DNA of 64,000 nucleotides from Candidatus Methanomicula labiotermitis (GCA_009780575.1 WQZU01000003.1:1940-65939); one strand, 5' to 3'; counted from the first letter of the stretch, positions 18,654 to 27,200 are shown. The notes: generated by a model from the letters alone, not told the origin. Translations and numbers: made by a program.

Positions 18654-19304
18654 GTCTACGATGACAGACACAACATCTCCGTCGTTTATGCTCAACGTGC
18701 GTCTCAAATGATATTTACACACAAGCTCCAATATGTCGTCATAGTGCGACCTCTCAGGCATGACGATCGCACAGTCGAGATTCTGTATCTTCGCTTTATA
18801 CGCGGTCGCCTTTCCGAATGTCCTTCCGTCCTTCTCAAATCCGTCTATGGTGTGACCCGGCATGCTCTTTATGATCTCCATCTTTCCGAGGTCCTCCTTT
18901 GTCAACTTTACGTTCAGCGTTCCTTCGAACGGTCTGAAATTGAGTTTAGACTGGAATTGATCCATGTAAGGCTTCTGAGTGATGTAGTAACCGCCTTCAC
19001 CCATTCCCGTGACCACTTTCCCTCGAAGCGTGACGTGGTCGGTCAGTTCGAATATGCGGCGGTATTCGTTGTATTCCTTCCTGAGCTCGTCAACTCCGGC
19101 CTCGGTCAGCTTTATGCGCTGTTTCCTTGCACCAAGATCACGGACAAGATATTTCTCATCAAGAAGTTCGAGTATCCTTTTCGATGCGGATTGCTGACTC
19201 ATGTCCAATGCATCGCCGAGTTCACGCGATGACACCGCAACATAGTTGTTAATGCCGCCCAGCAGAGCTATTTTCCTCAATGCAAACGCGTATTTCTCAT
19301 CCAT
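18627..19304 (-). CDS. ribK: CTP-dependent riboflavin kinase with N-terminal wHTH domain
   Basis: N-terminal HTH (VSSRELGDALDMSQQSASKRILELL) and C-terminal archaeal RibK barrel (PFEGTLNVKL...). Ends in TAG. Confidence 0.75.
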   Translation of the reverse strand: MDEKYAFALRKIALLGGINNYVAVSSRELGDALDMSQQSASKRILELLDEKYLVRDLGARKQRIKLTEAGVDELRKEYNEYRRIFELTDHVTLRGKVVTGMGEGGYYITQKPYMDQFQSKLNFRPFEGTLNVKLTKEDLGKMEIIKSMPGHTIDGFEKDGRTFGKATAYKAKIQNLDCAIVMPERSHYDDILELVCKYHLRRTLSINDGDVVSVIVDLSPLSPEN

Positions 19305-19493
19305 CGGCCGGAACCATCAGTTTCATGATATTTAAGATTACCATTTATTTGGTTGAGTGAACAACCAACGTCCTTTTTTGTGACACGCCCGATCCGCAGA
19401 CCCTCGAAAATCGTGTTTACGGCAACCTTCGTATGAATGCCTTCGTGTGAATATATTAATAAGAAATAAAGCATCCTGAGGACAGGTGCAATC

Positions 19494-19862
19494 ATGGAGG
19501 AGAGACCAAAGAATGTAATCATCGCTTCAGCGGCGGCCGCGCTCGGAGCGGTCTTTGTGCTGGCGGTCTTTATCATAGAATTCGATATCAATGCGAGCGA
19601 CCTTGCAATAAAGACGGCGTTCTATATGCTGTCGTTCGTGCTGTTCCTTGCTGTCTTAGGCTCATTGTATGAAAACGGACGGTGGCCGCAGAGATTCCTC
19701 ATATTCATGCAGGTAGTATGTGCGATGGTCCCGATAATCGCGTTCATGCTAGAAGCAATGATCCTTCTGTGCTCCGCGGTCCTTGTGATCCTGGCGTTTG
19801 TGATGATAGTGTTCACTTCGACACACAAAGCGAAGCGCTGGATCGACAGCGACAGGATCTAA
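19494..19862 (+). CDS. Hypothetical small membrane protein (about 4 TM helices)
   Basis: Hydrophobic 122-aa ORF followed by a hairpin and T-run. Confidence 0.45.
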   Translation: MEERPKNVIIASAAAALGAVFVLAVFIIEFDINASDLAIKTAFYMLSFVLFLAVLGSLYENGRWPQRFLIFMQVVCAMVPIIAFMLEAMILLCSAVLVILAFVMIVFTSTHKAKRWIDSDRI

Positions 19863-19880
19863 ATCCTTTCATACGATCAA

Positions 19881-19910
19881 AGAGCGTAACGCTCTCTCCA
19901 TTTTTATTTC
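19881..19910 (+). terminator. Hairpin plus T-rich tract downstream of 19494..19862
   Basis: agagcg-taa-cgctct followed by ctccatttttatttc. Confidence 0.4.
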
Positions 19911-20050
19911 ACAGAATGGCCGGCAGGCTATGACCGCAGAAAGAGTTGTACCTTGTTGCGGCTCTTTCTTCCTGTTCCTTACGTTCTTTCATTGAGAGTA
20001 GTCCTGCCCGTTCTCTGGACATCGGGAGCCTGCACGGTAAAAGGACAAAG

Positions 20051-20083
20051 AAAGGAAATAAAAAGAAACGGCGGAAGCCGTTT
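20051..20083 (-). terminator. Hairpin plus T-rich tract at the end of 20082..21278
   Basis: The minus strand reads AAACGGC-TTCC-GCCGTTT followed by CTTTTTATTTCCTTT. The stem overlaps the TAA stop. Confidence 0.4.
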
Positions 20084-21278
20084 ATTTACCCGCGATGAGC
20101 CTTACTCCCTCCACTCCGAGCAACGCAAACAATGCGAGGACGGAGACAGAAACATCCGACCCGGGTCCGCTTATCAGCATGTGCGTTCCGACTATCACCA
20201 GCATGAAGAGATAGAACGCAGCGGTCAGCATCTTCTCTTTCTTCCAGTCGGATATTATGATGCAGATGAGTGCAGCCACACCGAATATAAGCGCAACCGT
20301 TTCCATGCATTCGCTCACCTCTCCGGTGGTAAGGAACAATATCCCTGCTATGAGGAGTATGATCCCAATGATCGTTACGAATACTCCGGCGGAAGACCGT
20401 AGATATCCGCGCTGCATCGTTGTCACTCCGGCGCCGTACATTATTGCGAACGCGCCTCCGGCAAGGCATCCTATGGAGAAGTACAGTTTAACATCCTCTG
20501 CGGACGAAAGTCCTAGCATATAGACGGGATCGACATTGAACGCCCATGACGGGTCGGACAGCATTGCAAACAGCCAGAACGATAAGAACATGAGGGCCGA
20601 AAGTATTCCGGCGAAACCTAAGGCGACCCTGTGCCGTTCCGCTATGCCCTTACCGTTGGGTGTTGCCCTCTTGACACCGCCGCGGTACATGAACTTCGCA
20701 CTCTGCAGGAAGAACAGCAGGAGAAGCACAACTGCCGCCGCAGTCTCAACGCCGGGCATACCGGACAGGAACCCGATGTCCGTTCCCTCGTGGACGAGCA
20801 CATAATATAATGCCGCAACAAATGATACGGACATAAACGCGAACGTTGCCAATTTCCTCATTTCATCGGACCAGTCCCTCATCGCAAGGAGCAGAAGGCA
20901 CACCATACCCGCACCGAACGCCGCATAGGCTATGTAAAGGTGCAAAGAACCAGAATCCGATGTGAAAACACCGATCAGCGCGATCGAAACACCGGCCGCG
21001 ACAGCGACTACCCCGGCGACCGCATCCAGTTTATTCCTCTTCGAAGTAAGGATCGCGGCACCGCAGATCGCGAACAATATACCTGCGATCAAACAGCCTC
21101 CGTTGAAGAACATCCGTGCATACTCGTAATCCGAGACACCAAGGTCGCTGAGATAGTTCGCGCCGAATATCCATGCAGTATCGGACATCGCGGCGATGAA
21201 CCAACAAAGCGCAAAGACAACCGTCGCGGACAATGCCGATGCTCCAATCAAGAGATTCCGTTCTTTCATGAGTTCCAT
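20082..21278 (-). CDS. Polytopic membrane protein with internal tandem duplication (DUF998-like halves)
   Basis: Two homologous halves: FALCWFIAAMSDTAWIFGANYLSDLGVS...FFNGGCLIAGILFAICGAA versus FLSFWLFAMLSDPSWAFNVDPVYMLGLS...YFSIGCLAGGAFAIMYGAG. Confidence 0.6.
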   Translation of the reverse strand: MELMKERNLLIGASALSATVVFALCWFIAAMSDTAWIFGANYLSDLGVSDYEYARMFFNGGCLIAGILFAICGAAILTSKRNKLDAVAGVVAVAAGVSIALIGVFTSDSGSLHLYIAYAAFGAGMVCLLLLAMRDWSDEMRKLATFAFMSVSFVAALYYVLVHEGTDIGFLSGMPGVETAAAVVLLLLFFLQSAKFMYRGGVKRATPNGKGIAERHRVALGFAGILSALMFLSFWLFAMLSDPSWAFNVDPVYMLGLSSAEDVKLYFSIGCLAGGAFAIMYGAGVTTMQRGYLRSSAGVFVTIIGIILLIAGILFLTTGEVSECMETVALIFGVAALICIIISDWKKEKMLTAAFYLFMLVIVGTHMLISGPGSDVSVSVLALFALLGVEGVRLIAGK

Positions 21279-21343
21279 ATGAATTTCCCCTGCCCCGCAC
21301 CATTATGCGAGTCAATTATGTTCTCCTGTTACGATTTAGCAGT

Positions 21344-21352
21344 ATATTAATT
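21344..21352. repeat. 9-nt direct repeat, downstream copy (atattaatt on plus, AATTAATAT on minus)
   Basis: Identical 9-mer at 22144..22152, exactly 800 nt away. This copy also looks like the TATA element for the 21278 gene. Confidence 0.6.
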
Positions 21353-21404
21353 GATTTACACGCGCAACGCCCGTTCAGCCACGCAGCCACGCGTGAACTT
21401 AGTC

Positions 21405-21434
21405 GAGTGGGAGAGGGCATCACCCTCTCCCCTC
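21405..21434 (-). ncRNA. Group II intron domain VI with candidate branch-point A (21408)
   Basis: GAG-GGGAGAGGG-UGAUG-CCCUCUCCC-A-CUC. The bulged A is the 7th nucleotide from the proposed 3' end (..ACUCGAC). Confidence 0.75.
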
Positions 21435-21437
21435 TTG

Positions 21438-21471
21438 GAACGCACCGTGCGACTTTCACCGCAGTACGCTC
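21438..21471 (-). ncRNA. Group II intron domain V
   Basis: GAGCGUACUGCGGUGAAAGUCGCACGGUGCGUUC: AGC triad, lower helix GAGCGUAC/GUGCGUUC, CG bulge, upper helix UGCGGU/GUCGCA, GAAA tetraloop. Confidence 0.9.
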
Positions 21472-22143
21472 GAGCCTCAGATAACCGTGTTTTTCACGGC
21501 GGTTCTGACGGAATACCGTCGCTCCCTTTGCGTTTCGGGTCCGCAATCTGTTAACGTGACCGTCGGCGGTGTCCTCGCGTCCTGTATTCACATTCTTCGT
21601 AGTTGGCGCATCCGCCTTCACAGTTTTGCTTCCTTTCCCGCAATCCAAGACTTGGAACAAGTCGGCCGTCTTTCGACGCGACACATAATGTCTATCCTGG
21701 CAGTTACAGTCAGGCATTCGCTTTTTGTTCCATCCTCTGCCCTCTGTCCAAGGAGGACATAGGGTTTACCAAGTTCCGAACAAAGGATAATACAGAAGGG
21801 TTAGGTGCCGTCATTACGCCGGGGGCCGTTGTGTCCGTCCGCAGAGAAGCACATGCACACCTCTCCGCCGACCCCATCCTTTTTTTTCGGTCATGCGTCC
21901 ACCGGTTCCAACCGGCTCATCTGTGTTTTCGCACTTACCTTTAACGACGCTTAGACGATTCACGTTTGTTCACCATACCTACCTTACCCTTGCACCTCTT
22001 CGGCATCACAGCACACTCTGAGGTTCGTTGTCACGGGAGCTTCGCACCCAGCCGTTACCGGCTACGCACGTCCCGTTAGGGTTACAACGGACGAATGTTG
22101 CAGTCTTTCGACAATCCTTTATTCAGCTTCTTGTCGCACACAC

Positions 22144-22152
22144 ATATTAATT
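22144..22152. repeat. 9-nt direct repeat, upstream copy
   Basis: atattaatt on plus (AATTAATAT on minus), 4 nt upstream of the intron GUGCG. Partner copy at 21344..21352. Confidence 0.6.
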
Positions 22153-22235
22153 TCAGTCAGGTTTATATGAAGAACCTCTTATTCCGTTGCTTCAAATCGA
22201 TCCGTTCCTGAACGGCAGCCGATGGGAAAGGCTTA

Positions 22236-23036
22236 TTGCGCACACGGCGTTCATCTCGCGGAAGTGAACAATTGAAGAACATTTATTTCGTCGGCACCGC
22301 GGGAAGCGGAAAGAGTTCTCTGGTTCAGTCATACAAGGAATGGCTCGATCTCAGCGGCATAGATGCGATAACGGTCAACCTTGATCCCGGTGCGGACGCC
22401 GTTCCGTACGTTGCGGATGTGGACATACGCGAATGGATCGACCTGCATGACGTCATGGACGAATACTCGCTTGGCCCCAACGGTGCGCAGATCGTATGTG
22501 CGGACCTCATGGCAATGAACATCGAGAAACTGACGGATGCGCTGGATTCGTTCAAAACAAATTATGCTCTCATAGACACTCCCGGCCAGCTGGAACTTTT
22601 CGCATTCAGGAAGTCTTCCAATGTGATGATCGACGCACTCGGTAAAGAAAGGTCAATGACGGTGTTCCTCGCCGATCCGATACTGTGCAGGACATCCAAC
22701 GGATTCATATCCAGTATGATGCTCTCAACGATAGCCCAGTTCCGTCTTCGGATGCCCATGATCACCGCACTATCGAAATCGGATATCCTCGAGGAGGATG
22801 AACTCAACAAGGTGATGTCATGGTTCTCAGACCCGGATGCGCTGTACGCGGACATACTGGACAACGACAAGGACCCGCAGACGGTCGTGGGCATGGAACT
22901 GTTCAAGGCAATGGAAAACATAGGGACATTCGGAGACACCAGAGCGGTGTCCTCGAAAATGTCATTCGGAATGGAAGAACTGTACGGAGCGGCCCAGCAA
23001 TGTTTCTTCGGAGGAGACGACGCCGAGGTCAACTGA
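22236..23036 (+). CDS. GPN-loop GTPase
   Basis: P-loop FVGTAGSGKSS and GPN motif YSLGPNGAQI. The true start is more likely the in-frame TTG at 22272 (MKNIYFVGTAGSGKS). Confidence 0.8.
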   Translation: MRTRRSSRGSEQLKNIYFVGTAGSGKSSLVQSYKEWLDLSGIDAITVNLDPGADAVPYVADVDIREWIDLHDVMDEYSLGPNGAQIVCADLMAMNIEKLTDALDSFKTNYALIDTPGQLELFAFRKSSNVMIDALGKERSMTVFLADPILCRTSNGFISSMMLSTIAQFRLRMPMITALSKSDILEEDELNKVMSWFSDPDALYADILDNDKDPQTVVGMELFKAMENIGTFGDTRAVSSKMSFGMEELYGAAQQCFFGGDDAEVN

Positions 23037-23051
23037 TCCCGAATAACAAAA

Positions 23052-24263
23052 TCAGGCGAACATGAGCGCCGGAGGTCTGCTGACCTTGTTCTTCTCCACT
23101 TCCATGACCTTGGATTTGGCCCTCTCGAAATCGGACATCGTGACGCAGTCCCTTCCGTCGCGTATCGCAAGCATTCCGGCCTCGGTGCATATCGATCTTA
23201 TCTCCGCGCCCGAAGCGCCGTCTGTCATGACGGCGAGGGTTTTGATATCAATGTGACCGCTTATGCTCATGTATGATGTGTGAATTTTGAATATCTCTTC
23301 GCGTCCGTCAACATCCGGAAGTCCGATGTCAATGATCCTGTCGAATCTTCCCGGCCTCAAAAGCGCATCGTCAAGTATGTCCGGCCTGTTCGTGGCGCCG
23401 ATTATCTTCACGTTACCGGTGGGCGTGAAACCGTCAAGTTCGGAAAGTAACTGCATAAGCGTTCTCTGAACCTCTCTGTCGCCCGATGTCGTCGAATCAA
23501 GCCTTTTGGCGCCGACCGAATCCAGTTCGTCGATGAATATGATGCTCGGCGCCTTTTCTTTCGCAAGTTCAAACAACTCACGAACAAGTCTGGCCCCCTC
23601 GCCGATATACTTCTGAACGAGCTCGGAACCGACGAATCTTATGAACGTTGCCCTGGTGGCGTTTGCAACAGCCTTTGCCATGAGCGTCTTCCCGGTTCCG
23701 GGCGGCCCTACGAGGAGAACGCCCTTCGGAGGCTCTATTCCTACCTTCTTGTAAAGTTCCGGGCGGAGCAAAGGATCCTCAACGGCTTCGCGCAGTTCCA
23801 TCATCTGATTCCGAAGGCCTCCGACATCCTCATACGTGATATCGGGCTTTTCTATTATCTCCGCTCCGGAGACGATCGGGTCCACCGGAGAGGGAAGTAC
23901 ATCCATAACCGCCAGCGTCTGCTTGTTCATGGACACCCTGGAGCCGAGTATCAGTTCATTCTTGGGAAGCATCTCCGACACGGAGACAACAAAATCGGGA
24001 CCGGTCGAACTTTTCACGACGACGCGGTCATCCGAAAGGACGTCTCTCAGCGTACCGACGATGAGAGGCGGACTCTTCATACGTTCGATCTCCGTTTTGA
24101 GACGTCTCAGTTCTTTCTGCACCCTGTACAACTCGCTCTTGGTCGTGTTATACTCATCAACGGCCTTGTTCTTCTCCGCCGTGAGTCTGCCATTCTTTTC
24201 CTCCAGATAGGTTATCGTATCCTTCAGCTCAGATGTCAGTTCTTTTTCGTGGCTGTTGTCCAT
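23052..24263 (-). CDS. pan: Proteasome-activating nucleotidase (AAA+ ATPase)
   Basis: N-terminal coiled coil, OB domain, Walker A GPPGTGKTLMAKA, Walker B IIFIDELD, second region of homology. Confidence 0.9.
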   Translation of the reverse strand: MDNSHEKELTSELKDTITYLEEKNGRLTAEKNKAVDEYNTTKSELYRVQKELRRLKTEIERMKSPPLIVGTLRDVLSDDRVVVKSSTGPDFVVSVSEMLPKNELILGSRVSMNKQTLAVMDVLPSPVDPIVSGAEIIEKPDITYEDVGGLRNQMMELREAVEDPLLRPELYKKVGIEPPKGVLLVGPPGTGKTLMAKAVANATRATFIRFVGSELVQKYIGEGARLVRELFELAKEKAPSIIFIDELDSVGAKRLDSTTSGDREVQRTLMQLLSELDGFTPTGNVKIIGATNRPDILDDALLRPGRFDRIIDIGLPDVDGREEIFKIHTSYMSISGHIDIKTLAVMTDGASGAEIRSICTEAGMLAIRDGRDCVTMSDFERAKSKVMEVEKNKVSRPPALMFA

Positions 24264-24388
24264 GCGCAGTCCTCTGTATGTGACACATTAATGCGTATGT
24301 CTTATTAATCTTACTGCGCAAACAAGGACAATGATATGCGTATACGCATAAAAGACGGCGACAATCATATTTAATTATCACAACGGAT

Positions 24389-24898
24389 ATGAGGAAAACG
24401 ATGCTTTGCGAACTCTGCGGAAAAGAGGCGGGGGCTGCCAGGCCCATTTTCATAGAAGGTACGAAATTGCACGTGTGCCAGAACTGTATGAGGTTCGGCG
24501 AGGAATACAAGGCGCAGCCGGGAAGGCCCGGGGGCGCACCGGCACCTAGCGCACTGGTAATAGAGGAAAGGCTGCAGAGGAGAGAGAAGCGCATGCAGAC
24601 CAAGGACGTTTACGCTACCGCACACTCAACCGAGATCGTCGACGACTACGGAAAAGTGATAAAGGATGCGCGCACAGCGGCAGGAATGGACATGGAACAA
24701 TTCGCCGCTTCGATAAGCGAAAAGAAAGGACTCATTGCAAAGATCGAGTCAAACAATCTGGTCCCGGACGAGAAACTGATGAGGAAGATCGAGAAGGCGC
24801 TGAACATAAAACTGACGGAGACCGTGCAGACAAGCGCCGGTTCTAACAGACAGCAGGCGGCAAAGATGACCTTGGAGAATTTCATCAAGAAGGTATGA
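24389..24898 (+). CDS. mbf1: Archaeal MBF1-type protein (Zn ribbon plus HTH)
   Basis: CELCG...CQNC zinc ribbon, then a Cro/XRE-type HTH (IKDARTAAGMDMEQFAASISEKKGLIAKIESN). Confidence 0.75.
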   Translation: MRKTMLCELCGKEAGAARPIFIEGTKLHVCQNCMRFGEEYKAQPGRPGGAPAPSALVIEERLQRREKRMQTKDVYATAHSTEIVDDYGKVIKDARTAAGMDMEQFAASISEKKGLIAKIESNNLVPDEKLMRKIEKALNIKLTETVQTSAGSNRQQAAKMTLENFIKKV

Positions 24899-25387
24899 TC
24901 ATCTGCTGCGGATCAATTCATAAGACGCGTCAATATACCCGGAAATGTCCACTCCTTTCTCTCTGAGCATCAGAAGGGCCGCTATCTCAATGTCCACGTT
25001 GATACGTTTCTGTATCGCGTTCACGGAGACTATGAATTCCTTTCTTTTCATACCGAGCGGCTCGACCTTTGCCATGAGTTCCGACAAAAGATCATCCGCG
25101 GGCGGGGCTGCGGGTCTGTGTTTACCCATTTTTCCTTTCACGAGGTCATCCGGCGGCCTGAACATGAGAGGAACGTCTGTGCCGTGAATATCGAACGCCG
25201 GCCTTAGATATTCGCCGTCTTTCTCAAGGTGGCCTTCGGCGAGAAGCAGCGACAGAAGTTCCTCGGTATCGGCGGGGCGCATCCATCTGAGGTCCATGGA
25301 GATCCCCATTATGAACTCTTTCTCCGTAACAACGCTCTTGCCTTTGCTGCGAAAGAATGCGGCTGCGGTGAGCTTAAGTCCATCCAT
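24899..25387 (-). CDS. Conserved archaeal protein (DUF2240-like)
   Basis: 162 aa. The family assignment is from memory only. Confidence 0.4.
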   Translation of the reverse strand: MDGLKLTAAAFFRSKGKSVVTEKEFIMGISMDLRWMRPADTEELLSLLLAEGHLEKDGEYLRPAFDIHGTDVPLMFRPPDDLVKGKMGKHRPAAPPADDLLSELMAKVEPLGMKRKEFIVSVNAIQKRINVDIEIAALLMLREKGVDISGYIDASYELIRSR

Positions 25388-25504
25388 GTGAAAGTTGAAT
25401 CACAAATCGGTATAAAACCGCATCGTTCGACGTCTATTGCGTAAGAAAATCCGGCTCGCCCGATCATTATAAAACAGGATGCCGACAACGCCAACTTGCA
25501 AAAT

Positions 25505-25513
25505 CTTTATAAG
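25505..25513 (+). promoter_or_regulatory. Candidate TATA box for rpoK-rps2
   Basis: ctttataag lies about 44 nt upstream of ATG 25553. Confidence 0.3.
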
Positions 25514-25552
25514 GGGGAGCCTAATATCAGACCACTCCCGTATGGTGAAGAT

Positions 25553-25723
25553 ATGAAATACACTAGATTCGAGAAGGCTAGAATTATCGGCGCGAGGGCT
25601 CTCCAAATATCGTTCGGAGCACCCGTTCTCATTGATTATCCGGAGAATACATTGGATCCGATAGACATTGCCATGCTGGAATTCGAGAAGGATATGATAC
25701 CTATTACCGTAAGCAGAGATTGA
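25553..25723 (+). CDS. rpoK: DNA-directed RNA polymerase subunit K (Rpo6)
   Basis: [28 protein letters not shown] is the Rpo6 core. The track ORF starts at a TTG 57 nt upstream. Confidence 0.85.
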   Translation: MKYTRFEKARIIGARALQISFGAPVLIDYPENTLDPIDIAMLEFEKDMIPITVSRD

Positions 25724-25733
25724 GGTTTATTAC

Positions 25734-26345
25734 ATGAGTGAAGCGGAGAACATTGAACTATTGGTGCCCGAGGACATATACCTTACATCCGGTGTACACA
25801 TAGGCACACAGCAGAAAAGCGCTGACATGAAGGATTTCATTTACAAGGTCAGGCAGGACGGATTGTATGTTCTTGATGTTAAGAAGACGGATGAGAGGAT
25901 AAGGGCGGCAGCCAAGTTCATCGCACGGTTCGACCCGAGAAGGGTCCTCGTGGTATCCGCAAGGCAGTACGGCCAGAGGCCGGCAAGAACATTTTCGAAG
26001 GCGATAGGTGCCCCGGCGTTCGCGGGACGTTTCGTTCCCGGAACACTCACGAATCCGTCTATGGCGAGTTTCATAGAACCTGAGGTGATAGTGGTCACGG
26101 ATCCGTCGGCTGACAAGCAGGCGCTGAACGAGGCGCTGAACCTCGGAATACCGATAGTTGCGATGTGCGACGCCAACAATGAAACAAGGAACGTTGATCT
26201 TGTGCTTCCGACGAACAATAAAGGAAGGCGTGCGCTAGCATGCATCTACTGGGTCCTTGCACGCGAGGTCCTTATTGCAAGAGGGGATCTCAAGGATCCG
26301 GCAGACTACAAGATGGAGATAGAGGATTTCGAGGCTCGTCTCTGA
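25734..26345 (+). CDS. rps2: 30S ribosomal protein S2 (uS2)
   Basis: [20 protein letters not shown]...[29 protein letters not shown]. Confidence 0.9.
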   Translation: MSEAENIELLVPEDIYLTSGVHIGTQQKSADMKDFIYKVRQDGLYVLDVKKTDERIRAAAKFIARFDPRRVLVVSARQYGQRPARTFSKAIGAPAFAGRFVPGTLTNPSMASFIEPEVIVVTDPSADKQALNEALNLGIPIVAMCDANNETRNVDLVLPTNNKGRRALACIYWVLAREVLIARGDLKDPADYKMEIEDFEARL

Positions 26346-26387
26346 TCATAAAAAACCTTTTTACTTTCTTATCTTTTCTCTTTCTTC

Positions 26388-27200
26388 ATGCGCTATCCGG
26401 TTGTGGCAGGTCGTTTTTATCCGAACGATGAGAAAGCACTTACCAAAGAGATCGAAAGCTGCTTCACGCATAACATAGGGCCGGGGATGCCGGGCGAATG
26501 CAGGAACGAAAGAAGGCTGGAGGCGGTCATAGCTCCTCACGCGGGATACAAAGCATCCGGAATGAATGCCGCCCATGTTTACAAAGAGATTGCGGAGGAT
26601 GGACTTCCGGATGTATACGTTGTCATCGGTCCGGATCATTACGGTATACAATATGACGCCGTTCTTTGCGGCGAACCGTACGTGACTCCGCTGGGTGCGT
26701 GCAAGGTGCATGATGAGACCATCAAAAGGCTTAGGAAAACGATCCCCGATGATGTGAATGCGCACAAGCTCGATCACTCCGTTGAAGCGCAGATACCGTT
26801 CATACAGTATATCGATCCGGATGCGCATATAGTACCGATAATAATGGGCGACCAGTCCCAAGAATGCGCCGAATTTCTGTCAAATGCGGTATCGGAAGCG
26901 TGCAGCGGATATGATCACATCGTGATAGCATCAAGCGATCTGTCCCATTATGTTCCTAAGGATACGGCATTCAGCGAAGGGAAGGAAGTGATGGAGAAAG
27001 TCTGCGGCAGAGATGTTCCCGGTATGTACGATTCGGTATACGGACAAAGGATCACAATATGCGGATACGGGCCGATGGCCGTTGCCATGATGACGAGATA
27101 CTCGGGCGCGAAATTACTGAAATATTCGGACTCGTACGATTCGCTGGGCGTTGAACGGAACAGCGTCGTCGGTTATGCTTCCGCGGCATTCTACAGATGA
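26388..27200 (+). CDS. MEMO1-family protein (AmmeMemoRadiSam system protein B)
   Basis: MRYPVVAGRFYP... and APHAGYKASG motifs. Confidence 0.8.
   Translation: MRYPVVAGRFYPNDEKALTKEIESCFTHNIGPGMPGECRNERRLEAVIAPHAGYKASGMNAAHVYKEIAEDGLPDVYVVIGPDHYGIQYDAVLCGEPYVTPLGACKVHDETIKRLRKTIPDDVNAHKLDHSVEAQIPFIQYIDPDAHIVPIIMGDQSQECAEFLSNAVSEACSGYDHIVIASSDLSHYVPKDTAFSEGKEVMEKVCGRDVPGMYDSVYGQRITICGYGPMAVAMMTRYSGAKLLKYSDSYDSLGVERNSVVGYASAAFYR

Larger units (their letters stand above)
21402..22139 (-). mobile_element. Group II intron RNA, ORF-less (~738 nt)
   Basis: Minus strand: 5' GUGCGAC at 22139, domain V at 21471..21438, domain VI at 21434..21405 with bulged A 21408, and a 3' end ...CUCGAC at 21402. The 5' boundary is ambiguous by 2-4 nt because of the GUGUGUGCG run. 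No RT-like ORF inside. Confidence 0.85.

Noticed and set aside
18654-19232. The reading frame of trmI stays open for about 190 codons after its TAG stop, which could be taken as amber read-through
   Set aside because: The downstream frame is simply the antisense shadow of ribK, which has strong motifs on the minus strand. The translation has no methyltransferase-related or other domain features.
21316-21717. 133-aa minus-strand ORF inside the intron region, considered as a possible intron-encoded protein
   Set aside because: It is Arg/Cys-rich and low-complexity with no RT or maturase motifs. It runs through D5-D6 and out of the intron, so it is an incidental ORF in structured RNA.
21760-21830. 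Plus-strand motif ...ggaggacataggg...acagaagggttaggtgccgtcattacgccggggg resembles the RNase P RNA segment CAUAGGGCAGGGUGCCAGGUAACGCCUGGG
   Set aside because: There is no GAGGAAAGUCC (CR-I) or ACAGAAxxxGGCUUA partner on that strand. The whole region is explained better, with much stronger motifs (D5, D6, GUGCG), as a group II intron on the opposite strand.
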